From Marsupella aquatica (Eukaryota > Plantae > Marchantiophyta): a stretch of DNA of 64,000 bases. Below the pieces are notes generated by a model, which was given only the letters and a program-made list of their open reading frames with translations, was not told the origin of the DNA and did no database searches. The stretch is from the NCBI GenBank assembly GCA_973895155.1, contig OZ316892.1, positions 11,658,238 through 11,722,237 of the forward strand, written 5' to 3'. Shown piece after piece: positions 51,246-64,000 of this stretch; positions within the stretch are counted from its first letter, which is position 1, and the number at the start of each line of letters is the position of its first letter. The position numbers and the translations under genes are program-made.

Positions 51246-54200
51246 TCAATAAAGAACCTTATCATATACAACATTTTTTGTCAACTTTGCTTGACCCTCC
51301 TCGGAATCTGAAAGTAAAACCTTGATAGTTGTAGGTGATGTTGCCCTTGAGAATGCTACATACAACTGTCCATGACTAAATACAGGCTTTGAAAGTTGCA
51401 ACCCTACATGTTCTAAAGTTTGACCTTGAGCCTTGTTTATGGTTATTGCATATGCCACTCGAATTGGAAATTGGACCCTATGTAATAAGAAAGGAAGTGA
51501 CTCGTCAGAGGTCAACGGAATCCGTGGGATAAATGTAAGGGTCCCTGCATATTTTCCTGCAAGAACACGTGCCTCTATGACACGACGATTCATTGCTCTC
51601 ACAATTAACCGAGTACCATTACACAACCCCAAAGAGTGATCTATATTCCTAAGTAAAATGATAGGGCATCCAACCTTTAGTACCAACTTATGAGGTGGCA
51701 GACCACTTGGCGTGAGTGTATTCAAGAACTCCGTAGGGTAGAAATTTTCCCCTTCGAGCTGATCTGGACGATCAACGCTAAAAAACTCACTTGATTCCCC
51801 AGGAAGTACTTCTAAGATAGAGTCGTTAATTTTTAGTGCCTCGTCATTTGTCGGCGCCAGAATAGTTCTTTCACTTAAGAACCTGTCGTCCACATTAGCA
51901 AGAGTCGGGTATATTGCCTGAATCAATGATTCCACACGTCCTCCATCCACCACCATAGACTCAGGGCAAGTAATAAGATTATTTGAAGGCCCTCCTTTTG
52001 GGAGTTTATCATCGCCCAATTGTAGTAGCCACTCCGCAAATGTAACATTACCAAATTCAGGAGATGCGTTAGTTCCTCTTGCCCGCATATTTTTAGTTAG
52101 CTTCAAAGTCCGTATACTACTCCACACATAAGACTTCTTCAAACACGACCCCACAATCTCTGGACGACTTGCCCTTGCCTTCACTGGAAGCACTTGTCGA
52201 AAATCACCTGCAAATACAACTACAACCCCTCCAAAGATTCGGTCATTATCTCGTATGTCGCGTAAAGTTCTATCCAACGCCTCCACTCCATGCAGATGGA
52301 TCATGGGTGCTTCGTCCCACAAAATAAAAGTTGCCCTCCGCAATAATCCAGCAAGGTCAGATTGTTTTTGGATGCCGCATGTTGATGTCGAGATTGGTTT
52401 CAATGGTAGCTTGAATCTTGAGTGTGCGATGCGACCTCCATCTAACAAAAGACTTGCAATACCCGAGGAAGCTACGGCCAATGCGACGTCCCCATCTGCA
52501 CGGACTCTCCGAAGTAGAACATTCTCCACAAATGTTTTGCCTGTCCCCCCTGGTCCATCAAAATATGTCGCTCCATCTCGAGCCCTCACGGCTGCAAGTA
52601 TTGCAGTGTACGTTGCCCTTTGACCCTCGTTCAACAACGGCTCTTGCTCTGCAAGTTGTTGTAGAAGTACATCCATTGGATAACATGTCTCCTTTCTTAT
52701 CAACCGGTTTCTATTTTCTTCCTCTTGGAAAAAATCCATACCTGGTTCCGGAAGACCAAACTCCAACAATGTTTTACCCACACTTTTCAAAGCCTCATCC
52801 ATCAAATGTAGAGCAAAGCTTTGTTGTTGCTGCTCTGTAGAATCTAAGAAGCCCATCAATTGCAAACGATACCTACAATCATCACTCAAATTGGATGCAT
52901 GTTGTGCCCATAGGTCGCACGGTTTGGCAACACCTCCAAACAACAATATTGTAATAAATAGTTGTCATATTTGCGCACCGGTGTGCATGCTTGCCGCTTC
53001 TTGAAGGCATCTATCCCACTCTTCATCGTTCTCATACAAACCCTGAGCAAGAGCTGCTGCTTGAAAGGTGGGGTATATAGTGCCCTCAAAAGTGCGAAGG
53101 TCGATGAATGATGTTGCACCTTTGATGTGAAGAAGAAGTGCCCTCAAATAGTACCGTTCACCCGCGGCTGGTGGCACAAAATACATCCTACCAATGCTAA
53201 ACCCTCTTATTCGTGGGTTCCATGCACAGGAGGACGTATCCCATACAAACTCATGGGGGAAATTGTTGTAGAGAAGTTGTTTTGCCCGTTCATCCAAAGT
53301 ATTAGCTCTGAACCACCCTGTGAGGGTTGTGTCCCTATGAGATTCTCGTTGAACCACATCACTGATGTTAGAATCCTCATTGAACATTATAGATTGTTCC
53401 CCCTCACAATGAACTTGTAGCCGTTGCACCGAAGTAGTACTCTCAGACATTTCAAACTGGTTAATGCGCCATACTCCCTCAGCAGTAGACACATATCTGG
53501 CATCTAAGTGCTCCTTCACTTCATCTCGTTGCTCCACCTCAACCGTTGCCTTATCATGCCCTTTATAACAGTACTTGTATAAATACTTGATTGCTTTAAT
53601 AGAGCAACAAATCTCCACATTAATATGGGCATTGAATCTCATGCTCAAATATGGACTATGAGGAACAACCCACCTATTGTCAAACTTAAACCCACTTCGG
53701 TCTTTTGAGAAATTGCGGCCATCATCCCGACGTCGATACATAGGATACCCATCATCTCCAAAAACTGTTTCGGTTGAGAATGATCGTGGATAGCCCTTGC
53801 TGCACTGCCCGTTGACCATGCAAGGTGAGTTTGGATATCCACGACCGCATGGACCATGGACCATGGACTTCATAATAGTTTGATATAATTGTGGATGTAC
53901 TCGTGCATCCGGTATCTCCGCCGAAACCAATTGATCAACCAACTCTAGAGTGCATAACTTATGTCGTTCCACCAATATTATGATAATGTGGGCGTGCGAC
54001 AGACCCCTCTTCTGAAATTCAATGACATACATAGAGGCAATAGGTCTACCCAATACCCCTGCCCGAATATCCGCCAACAGGGCCTTCAACTTAAGTTTGA
54101 ACACTCTCGCCACAATGTCATCACGGTCGGTCGGGGTCTGGTAGGGGAAGCACTCCACTTTGATTTCAGGCCATTCAGGATTGCACGTAAAAGTTGTGAA

Positions 54201-54455
54201 AAGGTCAGGAGGCCCATATGTTTGAACAACTACCATGGCATCCTGATAGGCCTGCATCATATGTCGTGCACTACCCCCATATGTGGACGGTAAAATGGAG
54301 GTCCTACCCACATTGCTTGCTTGTGCATCCCCATCTTGAACTGCATCTTGCAGCCCTTGATATAACTCGGTCCGAAGCTTTTTCTGATTGTTCCGAATAT
54401 ATGTGAGGCGTGTCTGGTCTATACACGCATATGCATCCACAATAAATTGCTTCAA
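51246..54455 (-). pseudogene. Helitron RepHel (HUH endonuclease + Pif1-type SF1 helicase), 5'-interrupted, one in-frame stop
   Basis: FTTFTCNPEW, EFQKRGLSHAH (HUH), KYLYKYCYKG (Y2), DGPGGTGKTF, WDEAPM, GDFRQVLPV, TINKAQGQTL, HGQLYVAFSR. The two ORFs are in the same frame, separated by a TGA at 52965 (GAQI*QLF). Confidence 0.95.
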
Positions 54456-54757
54456 CCACTAGTAGAAACCGGGGGGTATTTAGACCCCATTAAACGACTA
54501 TTCAGTACCGTATAGGACTTGGAAACGACTGGGAAGGACTCCAGTCCTTTATAGGACTATGAGTCGTATGTTTTGTTACTAAAATCAACTGAGTCCTTTA
54601 TAGAACTGGTTTATAAGTCGTTTTATAGACTGGATTTTCAGTCTATTGTAGTCTTTGTGTGGGTAGGTTTGGTGAGTCTTTTTCAGTCTTTTATGGGCTG
54701 CGATGGTGAGTCGTTGGGAACAACTCAAAAGGTTATGAAGGGTAGTCTTTAAATATA

Positions 54758-54870
54758 CTTTGTGGGTTTATAAAACGACTAAAGTAGACACTTTGTGGGG
54801 GTTTATAAAACGACTAAAGTAGACACTTTGTGGGGGTTTATAAAACGACTAAAGTAGACACTTTGTGGGG
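54758..54870. repeat. 35-bp subterminal tandem repeat x3
   Basis: ctttgtggg(gg)tttataaaacgactaaagtagaca. Confidence 0.9.
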
Positions 54871-55392
54871 TATGTACAAGTCTTTCATGTCAACTGGAAA
54901 TGAGTGATGAAGACCCCACTATACTACTTGGAATGAACTCACTCTTGTGCACAAATAACACATTTCATTCATGTTTTATTGTGTACTTGGAATGAACTCA
55001 CTCTATAAGGTCACCATTCACCATGTTAACATTAAAACCTCACACAAATTTTCAGAAAGCCATCTTCTATACCATGTACACTAATATGAATTCACAGATT
55101 CAAACATCATAGACTACAAAGAAGGTCACAAAGCATTCGTCTATACCATACACACTAATACTGAATTGATACAAAACAGATTCAAGTATCATAGACAATC
55201 ACCATAGAGCCATAGTTTGACATCAATCACTTGTTTCATACATATAGAATTCAGAAATATCAATGTCACACACAACGGCTCCTTCATCCTCTTTACCAAA
55301 TGGAAAAATTGGTACAGATATTTCTTGGATTTTTCCAAGGCAATGTCAAAATGTAACACAATTCACATGATTCTATCTACACTTGTATTCAG

Positions 55393-58300
55393 TCACTGCA
55401 GACTAACACACTCTGATGGCCAGAGCACAAGAGATCCTACTGCATCTGCAATTATTTCTTGAGGTGGATCATCGTCTCTATTCGGAAATGGCAAATTACA
55501 ATCAGATACAATCACTGTAGTCAACAACACTACTACATGGTCATCCGGGACCACTTTGCCATGGAATTTAGCATGATCCGGTCGCAAAATGCCTGTACCC
55601 ACACATACCTGCGAGTCATTCTCCCATGATAGAAGATTATGGACTGGCTCTGCTGTGGCTATCACCTCCACCTTACCCTGGCTGTTTTTCTTGGCTTTCC
55701 TGGGTGGCTTATACATGACATTATTCATACCTTGGTTGCGAGTCATGACTTTGGCACGAGTGTTTTGTGCTGGTGATCGAGAATTGGCTACACTCTTCTT
55801 CAAAGAATCTGCATCCATATTTGACACTTTCGATTGTGTAGCAGGATTTCCCTGCGACATCATCTCAGTATCTGCTAACATTGTACTTGCTTCAATTGAA
55901 GCATCTACAATCTTACTTGCATCCAATGTTGCTCCCAAGTTTCGACGTCGCTTCACCCTGCCCACTTGGTTGAGAGTCTGTCAACTCTGCATCAACTACA
56001 ATTCAATGCATTGTCCAACATAAGTGAATCACTCATCACATGTGCGCCATGTACATGTCACCATCCACAAAGTTGTCACTATCTCCTTACCATTATGAAC
56101 AGCCTTCTTCCCCTTCTTTGCCATTGCCATATCCTCCATGTCTGCTTCTGCTGATCAATAAACAGACCACAAGATTCAGGTTCAATCTATTAACCATTGA
56201 ATTGTTTCTCAACAATGGTAGGAGAGGAATTTAAAGCATCAGCTTACCTGATACCTCCTTGGCTATGGTCACTGAGGCACTGGGCACATCTTTTTCATTG
56301 CTCTTTGAATCACCTGATACATCAATCATGATGTCACTTCAGTTCCCAGTTTATCCAACCAATTCTTACAGAAAAGATTACCTCCAACCGGCTTAAGCTT
56401 CACAAAACTCCATGCACTTTTCAAATGTAATGTACTGGATCATAGCAGGTTACCTGTCTCAGCAACCTTTTTGCCATTCTGCTTACTGATTACAGGGTCC
56501 AGGTTCTCTGCCTCCACTCTTCCTGCATTCAAACCATTCACTCAATTCATGAAAACTTACTTCTAACATTTGAACATAGGACACAATGAACAATGGGCCT
56601 CTCTTGTTTCAAAATCCTCATTGCATACCTGTGTCAGATTTGCCAATTCCCTTTTTCGTTAACAAGGGCACACTTTGTACAATGTTGCCCTCATTGTTTG
56701 GTTGGGAACCACCCAATTTTTCAATCATAAGCTTGAAATTAGATTCCACTGATGCAAGAAGGTTCGCTACAGATGCCTCCACAATATCCAAACGATCAGC
56801 CAATTTACTTTCCACTCGAGGGAGTCCACACTCTAATGACTTCAACCGTTCAGACATCTCTGTGAGAGTTGTAACAGTTCCTTGTCATAACACAGTTTAC
56901 GTATCTCAGATAATTGTCCCCAAGAACTGGTTGCTTACTTCCTACTACAATTTTTTCTGATGCTCAAGGCCAAATAGTCACAGAACATATAGAATTACAA
57001 CATAATCACCTGTTTGGAAGTCACACTTGTCACCTCACTCCTTTGTTTCATGAACTCCTCTCTCACTTCTTGTGCTGATGGTTCTTCACCTGTCAATTTC
57101 TTCTGCAGTCCACATCAACATACATATGAATGAAACCAAGTGTTGATTGTCAATGAAAATGTAATAATGGTAGCAAGATGATAAGTTTGAGGCTTACTAT
57201 CAGGCATGTCACTGCCTTACCAATTGTTCTTTCACTGGAGCATAACTTCCTCTCCCAGCCTGTGAAAGGTGTTTCACTTTGCCTCGAGCATTTGACATCA
57301 GTTCACTCTTGCTCTGTCCAGCCTCCGACATGAACCCTTTGATTAACCGTGTCCATTGATCTAGTTCCAATTGATGGGGGTGGTGGCATTCTCCTGTTAG
57401 AACCATTGTCTATCCACATCCTTTTCAACCTATGCCTCTCTTGTTTCAAAATCCTCATTGCATAATCTGATATGCAATCTTCAACTGGGCCCTTACCATC
57501 ATTACCAACATAGTCCCACCGTTCAAGAATGTCCTTGCAGATAGCAGCCCAATCAGCTTTGTTCTGACTCCTAAACTCTGTAATGCTCAAATCTAACCAA
57601 CGCAATACTTCTCCTCTTAGGTCAGAATGCCAACGGTTCTTACCATCACATGTGGGAGTTATCCAACCTTCAGAATTCACTTCTACTTTACCAAATTTGT
57701 TACTGTCTCCTGCCTTGGTACTCCCTGAAGCGCTACTAGGTGTCCCTCCACGGCCTGGGGTCCCTCCACGGCCTGATCTCCCCCCACGGCCTGGATTGCA
57801 TTGTCCAAACCTCCCTGGAGTCCCTGCACATTTACAGGATCCATTTATAGTCACTTACATTAGGTAAGTATGAATCATAAATCCTGCTGCCAAATATACA
57901 CTGGACTTCAGAGCAATTCTGCAATGACCAAGTTACCTCTCCCTTGGCGCATAGATGGTTCTGGACCACCTGTCCTATTGCTTTGTCTTGATGAATTAGG
58001 GCCGTTTCTCCCGCCTGTGAATGATTGCCGCCTATCTGAACGTGGATGGCCTTTGTTGTTTTCGTGATTGTCCCAATCAGAGTCTGCATACCAACAGGTA
58101 CATGCCACACTCATGGACCTGTAAGATAAACTCTTTGCCCTAGCTACACATCAGATAAATCCATATTGAGCTAAATCTCTACTACCATCACAAAATCACT
58201 AGCACAAGGCACTTACTTGTCCAATCATCCTCCTCACCTGTCCATTGCCCTCTGTACCCGTCTCTACCACGCTCTGGGTGTTCATATTCATCCCATCCAT

Positions 58301-58570
58301 CTTCTGCTCCATCATAGTCATCATCATAATTATCAGGCGTCCCTTGCCAATAACTCTGGCTCCTTCTAGGGTATGGATTATGTGATTTCTCTCTAGCTGC
58401 CCACCTACCTGGGACTTGATGAGGGCCCTGTGCATCCTGCACAGGTGCATTTTTCTGTGAGCCCCCTGCATCTGGGTCTCCATCCATATCCAATCTTTCC
58501 TCTTCACCCCACTCTCCAAGCCCCATGTCTGTCTCCATGTCATCACCCTCTTCCCCCATAGCTTCTGCAC
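55393..58570 (-). pseudogene. CACTA-2 TnpA-like (ORF2), multi-exon
   Basis: KNRWHSDLRGEVLRWLDLSI, ILKQERHRL and FHGKVVPDDHVVV...LPFPNRDDDPPQ...DAVGSLVLWP are homologous to CACTA-1 ORF2. Apparent frameshift at about 57370. The 5' boundary is approximate. Confidence 0.72.
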
Positions 58571-58736
58571 AGCACCCACAACCAAACAGGGAGAATCAGC
58601 ACACTAAATTCAAAGTATCAATCAATTTCATGCATATCCAACTATCCTAAACATCATTCCAGGCAGCAATTCCCGTTCTGTGACTTTGTGCAGGTAGTCA
58701 TCCTCAACCTCATACTTGCCAATCGCCAGCTGTTGC

Positions 58737-61700
58737 CTATTGCAAATCATCAACCTCATCATATTCCATTTGCCCAGGTTCATCATATGTCTCTCTCAAT
58801 GTTAAGGGGATGTAGTCAGTCCCTGCCCGAGTTGGAAGTACAGTCTCATGACTAGGATGCTCGAATGCAGCATGGTCATCCAAACTGAACTCTACTTTAC
58901 TTCCATCCATCCGCCTGTTCCGTGCTTGGCTATGGCATACCACCCTCCAGCCATGTGACTCCTCCACATCTGCAAAGAAAGCCTGTTCAACTTGGCTAGG
59001 GAAAACAAAAGGCTCAGACCATTCTGGTACTCTGGACCTAAAATTGGACCTAAAAGAACCCATCATGATCACGCTTCATGGTGGCCCTTGGTCTCTGCCA
59101 CTCTGATTTCACCCATGATCCCTTCATCAATATCACTGGGACACTTGTGTTACCATAATTCAACACCCAAATGTCGGTCAACTCCCCCACGTAACCCATC
59201 TTCATCCACCCCCTCTGTTCTTCAGAGGTTCTCTGCTCAAACACAGAAATCAAACCACAATCATATGATACACAATGGTCACCCTGCTCATCCCTCACTC
59301 GATAATGATTTCCATAAGCTCTCATCCGTTTGTAGGTCAGAATAGACAATCGTGGTGGCACAAATAGAAGATACAAATCCTTCTCCATATCTGGGTGATG
59401 TCTACTATGCTCTCGAATTGTCACCCGAATCCACTGCTCGAACTGTGGGAAGGGATCCTGCTGCCCAGAGTGTGCAGCTTTTTGCATATCATATTCCCTG
59501 CAATATGAGGTACAGGCATAGTTAGGTCTAAACAACACATGACAACCTAAGATCACCCTTGGAACAGACAAGAAGCATCACAACAAAGGCAAGTCAATTC
59601 AATCACTCACCTCCACCATGGTTGCATAGGCTCTGTGTTTGCCAGCACATATGAATGAGCCTTGTCTCGAATCGCAACAGGCAGCTGAACAGCACGTCCC
59701 ACACCTTCAACAACCTCGCCACTCACTCCATCATCTTCACCAGATTTCCAAACTCTTGTCATAGCTTCACCAGACCCAGCCATGTACTCTGTTAGGAATC
59801 CCAACGTCTCATCCTTAATGTACCCCAATGCCATGGAAGCCTCTGGCCTGTAGTATGTTCTCACATGACCTTTCAACAACTTCATGTATCGCTCCATAGG
59901 GTACATCCATCTGGTACTGACTGGCCCATACTGCCCTAGCTCTTCTACCACATGGATTAGGAGATGAGTCATAACATCAAAGAAAGCAGGGGGGAAGTAT
60001 ATCTCCAAGTCACAGAGGACATAAGCAGCATCCTGCTTCAACTGCTCCAATCCTTGGGGATCCCACACTTTCACACATATACGGCGAAATACATTGCACA
60101 GTCGAAGAATGACATTACGGACTGGTTTCTGCATGAGACCTCTGAGGCATAGGGGCAGAATGTGCTGCATCAACACATGGTAGTCATGTGTTTTCATACT
60201 GCCAAGTTTATTCTTTGTAATATGCTTCTTGAAGGCACCAGCATAGCCAGAGGGCACTTTCAGACAACTCAATCTATACAAGAATGTCTTCCATTCATCC
60301 TGTGTGCACACATAGGGAGCTTGGAACTTGAGAAGTACATTGGGATTGCTTGCATGGGGCTTCAACCAAAGGTGAGGGCGAATCCCCTTCTGTTGCATAT
60401 CAGCTCGAACTGCTCCTGTATCTTTCTCACCCGACAAGAACTTCAGCAAGCTCTCACAAATATTTTTCTCAATGTGCATGACGTCCACATTGTGTTTGCT
60501 GGGCTCGAATTCCTGCACTCCACAAAGCAAAGAATTCAACAACAGAAACACTAATTAACCACATAGGAGGATTGTAACCAACATCAATCCACCATTGCTC
60601 CAATCTAAAATTGCAATCATACAGGGGCTGGAGGCGAAGTACATTACCCTCCAGTACTCCAACTCCAAGTCCATCAAGGTCTATCTTTTCACACCGTGTT
60701 TCACCACTGGATCCTCAGGTTCTCGATCAGTGGCACTTCTCTTGTCCCAATCAGCCTTCCTGGCTGCCCACCTCAGGACTTGCTCTCTGGTGACCCTCTG
60801 TGGTGGGCCACGAAGCTCTGTTTTGTTGTTGAAGTGTGCAATTTGAGACCGTGTGTGCCTGTAAGATGATCAACAGGCAGATACCTTCTATGCCCCTGAA
60901 ATTTCATACTGTGCAGGGCATACGACCACTCACTTGTCACATTTTTCCCACATGGTGTGCACCCCACATAGCCCTTTGTCACTCGTCCAGATATGATGCC
61001 ATGGCCTAGGTAATCTGCTATATCCAGCAAACAAATTGCATGCAGTCTAAAGGGGCTGGGTCGAAGAAGCCCCTTCAGAACATCATGGGTTAACACCCCT
61101 TCTATCCACAAAGTCTTCCACTCTTCCACTGCTGGAGCCAACATGATATCTATGAATTGCTCGGTCACAGAAGCTGGTCCAGGGATTAACAGCACCATCA
61201 TGACAAAAAACCTCTTTGTAGTCATCCATGGGGGAAGGTTGTAATTTAGCAGCGTAACCGGCCAACATGAATAACGGTTGTTTTTGTCTCCAAATGGGTT
61301 TACTCCATCCAGTGATAGACCAAATCTAAAGTTCCGCTTCTCTGCAGCAAACTGTGGCCACCTCTCATCAACAAATTTCCAATGGTTGGAATCTCCAATG
61401 TGACGCTGCAGGCCATCACTGCTCTTGTTATCAGGAGTCCATGTCATCAGCTTGGAAATGGCAGGGCATCTAAACAGACGTTGTAGTCTAGGAATGAGAG
61501 GAAAATGACGAAGAACCTTGGTAGGGTGTGTACATTTCCCTACATTCTTGTACCTGTGCTTACCACAATGAGGGCATGTCAATTTATCTGCATGCTCTTT
61601 GCGAAAGAGAACACACCCATCAGGGCATGCGTCAATAGACACATAGTTCAGCCCAAGGTTAGACATCAATTTCCTAGCCTCGTACATATTTTTTGGAATT

Positions 61701-62437
61701 GAATTACCATCTGGTAACACATTTCGGCGCAGGAAGGTCAACAACTCTGTCACAAATATATTGGGAACATTGTGATTGCCACAGATGTTCAACAACAACA
61801 CGACAAAACCCAGCTTGGAGCAGTTCGACCCCTCGTAGATAGGAATGCAAGCTTCTTTGATGTGTTTTGGGCCCCCAAACACCCACTCCCTCTCTGCTGC
61901 ACCTTCCCCAATGTCAAAGTCAGGTTCAGCTTGGCCGTCGCCAATGTGTGGCTGCGGTTCATTGTCCTCTTCTGATTCCACTGTGTCGTAAAAAGCATCA
62001 AGGTCTTCAAAAATCTCTTGAACCATTCTTGGGACATCCATCCCACCGTCCTCAGTGACTGCCTCTCCATCTCCATCTTGGTCATCCACGTTCTCATGTT
62101 GGACCCCAGGACCATCCTCTGCACAGTCTATGTCCTGCTCTACGTAGTCTCTACGCCTAGCTGTATTAGAATCCACAAAGTCAGCTCTCCACTCTTCATC
62201 AGAGGAGTCTTCTTCTGCTGGTACATTCCAAACCCTCCATCGAGGGTGCCTTTCATGCCGCAGCAGGTGAAGGTGCACAGTGTTCAAACTCAACGACTTG
62301 AATCCTTGGCACTGTGTGCATGGGCATCTCATCCTCCTACTCCTACCTTGGGCGGCCCGGGCTTGTTCACGCATCCACAATTTAGAATCATGATGCCTAA
62401 TCCTAAATGGGTTGTGAAGAGGCAACCTTGGAGCCAT
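58737..62437 (-). pseudogene. CACTA-2 TnpD transposase, disrupted
   Basis: IDACPDGCVLF, LRHFPLIPRLQRLF, LSLDGVNPFG, DVMHIEKN, KTHDYH, FFDVMTHLLIH, WMYPMERY, EPFVFPSQVEQAF. Frameshifts at about 60865 and 59052; stop at 60681. Confidence 0.93.
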
Positions 62438-62763
62438 CACTATACACACGCACTCAGCACCCTGTCATTTTATTATGCAAGTGAAAAATACACTTCCTGT
62501 TAAGGATTTCACCCCCGACTGTACTTGCCAAAATACGTAACGTTCCAAAAAAACAAAAAAACAAAAAATATAGGTGCCTGAGTCATGTACCTATTCTCAA
62601 GTGAATGAGACAAAATTCCTAAATGTTTGAGGGTGTCAACTCCTCCGCTGTCCTCACATGTACTGCCTCTGCACGTACATCCATGACCATATCAGAGTCC
62701 AATCATGTATAGTCATAGACACAGGTGCCAGGTGCGAAACCGGTGTGAGATGTCCTCATCTTA

Positions 62764-63333
62764 CTACCACATCAAATACGGATACCAATCCTGTTGTCGA
62801 TGCCACTCAGCCCTGAGGTACTCAGGCATGTACATTAAGTCATCAAGGTCTAAACCCTGCTCATGCCATGGTGGTCCTCGATCCGTGCCTACAAGCAGTG
62901 GCAGTAGTGCCCTCCATGGTGCACATGTTGCTACCAAGTCCCTCCACTGGGTACTAATTAGTCTATATTTGCAGATATCTTGTGCGCCAGACACCACAAG
63001 AACCCTCGGCCAGACATGTGTAAGAACTATATCATTTGCCAAATCAGGCAACAAGGAACCACCTACAGCATCGTGCTTGTCTAACTCATCTGCTGAAAAG
63101 TAAATGTCCTCTTCCGACTGTGCATCCTCATTCACCACAGCATTCACAACACATCCAAGGTCTGCAGGCATTATCTCGGATGGAGCTACACTCTGTCTGG
63201 TTACCAATCCACACAAGTAAGCCCAAGCAGTAGCCATGCACGATGCAACCCGTAGGAGGACCCTACATAGGGCCTGACGGTCTGGAAGAGGCAGCATACC
63301 CACCAAAGTCTTCAGCCAAACAGAGCCCAGCAA
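62764..63333 (-). CDS. transposon-borne F-box-like protein (first ATG at 63297)
   Basis: LLPDLANDIVLTHVWPRV...CKYRLISTQWRDLV resembles the F-box consensus (L.P.LP.D......R....R.V...W...V). Intronless ORF inside CACTA-2. Confidence 0.55.
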   Translation of the reverse strand: MLGSVWLKTLVGMLPLPDRQALCRVLLRVASCMATAWAYLCGLVTRQSVAPSEIMPADLGCVVNAVVNEDAQSEEDIYFSADELDKHDAVGGSLLPDLANDIVLTHVWPRVLVVSGAQDICKYRLISTQWRDLVATCAPWRALLPLLVGTDRGPPWHEQGLDLDDLMYMPEYLRAEWHRQQDWYPYLMW

Positions 63334-63473
63334 GTAGATTCACAGTCACACCCCACGCAGCAGGAAACAACAATCACTTCAACTGCGACCAACCATGACA
63401 AGATGAGTTAGTTCAAGGATCACATTTATTACAAAATTGTGATTTATACAAAAATATGAGGGACTCCTACTCC

Positions 63474-64000
63474 TCACTCTCTCCCACCTTTGCTAAGCAT
63501 ACATCTCCGCTGAATCTTGGAGGGCCAGGCCTCAAAAATATCAAAGTCCCAAGCATTCTATCGCTTCCCTCTAGCTGCTGATTCCAGAAGCCAATCAGGG
63601 GAAAGCACCCAAAGATTGTTGTTCATGACAAAATCACGCACTATTGTCTTAAAGAATTTTCTGCATATTTTCATGTATGACAGACCTACAACATGAGTGG
63701 AGGTTTCTGTTAGACTCTCCTCCACTGTCCCACCTAGCTCAACAACTATAGACTTGTACAATCTGCACTTAGTCTCCCCAATTCCTTCTTCTGCAAATAC
63801 CACACTGAACCCCTTCATAATGGTATTTCTCTCCTTGCCATGCTCATTCAATATAGCATCTGCACGCATAGGATGGTGTCCTATGTTGACAATAGGTCCA
63901 TATTGGACAGAAGCAAAGTTGGGTTTCTCTGTCGCTGCTTCATAGGCTTCCTTTTCAGCCAAAGCCTCTGCAGTGGCCTCCTCACTCTCCCACAACTCAT
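63474..64000 (-). pseudogene. transposon-borne BRCT-domain gene, homologue of the CACTA-1 BRCT gene; 5' part outside window, probable premature TAG at 63558
   Basis: MKGFSVVF...YKSIVVELGGTV...STHVVGLSY...VLSPDWLLES. Reading through the stop gives NAWDFDIFEAWPSK, matching CACTA-1 EATFDLNEVWPQK. Confidence 0.78.

Larger units (their letters stand above)
50848..54456 (-). mobile_element. Helitron, 3' part (interrupted by CACTA-2)
   Basis: Minus-strand 3' end reads CGTGCAACGCACG hairpin (50861-50873), then GGCATGGGA, then CTAA (CTRR) followed by T. RepHel coding region lies upstream. Confidence 0.92.
54457..64000 (-). mobile_element. second CACTA element (CACTA-2), other end outside the window
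   Basis: Terminus CACTAGTAGAAACCG at 54457, similar to the CACTA-1 TIR, exactly where the Helitron Rep frame breaks off. GACT/AGTC-rich subterminal region. TnpA- and TnpD-like genes in the same order as in CACTA-1. Confidence 0.93.

Noticed and set aside
52947-52967. Programmed readthrough or RNA editing of the RepHel TGA
   Set aside because: A CGA-to-TGA deamination in a methylated, already interrupted element is the simpler explanation.

Overview
Eukaryotic land-plant genomic DNA with spliceosomal GT-AG introns. A compact, bryophyte- or lycophyte-like genome is inferred but cannot be proven from this window. Host genes: an F-box fragment, a frameshifted YqaJ/lambda-exonuclease-like pseudogene, a small two-exon ZC3H15/DFRP C-terminal-like gene, pyruvate dehydrogenase kinase (PDK), a cold-shock domain/CCHC protein and an SPT2-like chromatin factor. 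About half the window is DNA transposon. One complete 14.8-kb CACTA (En/Spm) element lies at 12410-27235, with an 18-bp perfect TIR and a GAA target duplication. A Helitron has its 3' end at 50848. A second, diverged CACTA starts at 54457, is inserted into the Helitron Rep gene and runs off the window. The main candidate for an undescribed system is the cargo these CACTAs carry upstream of TnpD/TnpA. CACTA-1 has an EDM2-type composite PHD-finger gene and a tandem-BRCT gene resembling the plant Pol lambda BRCT. CACTA-2 has a homologous BRCT gene plus an F-box-like gene. This suggests a CACTA lineage with a chromatin-reader/DNA-repair accessory module. Family assignments come from motifs recognised by eye and from memory; no database search was run.
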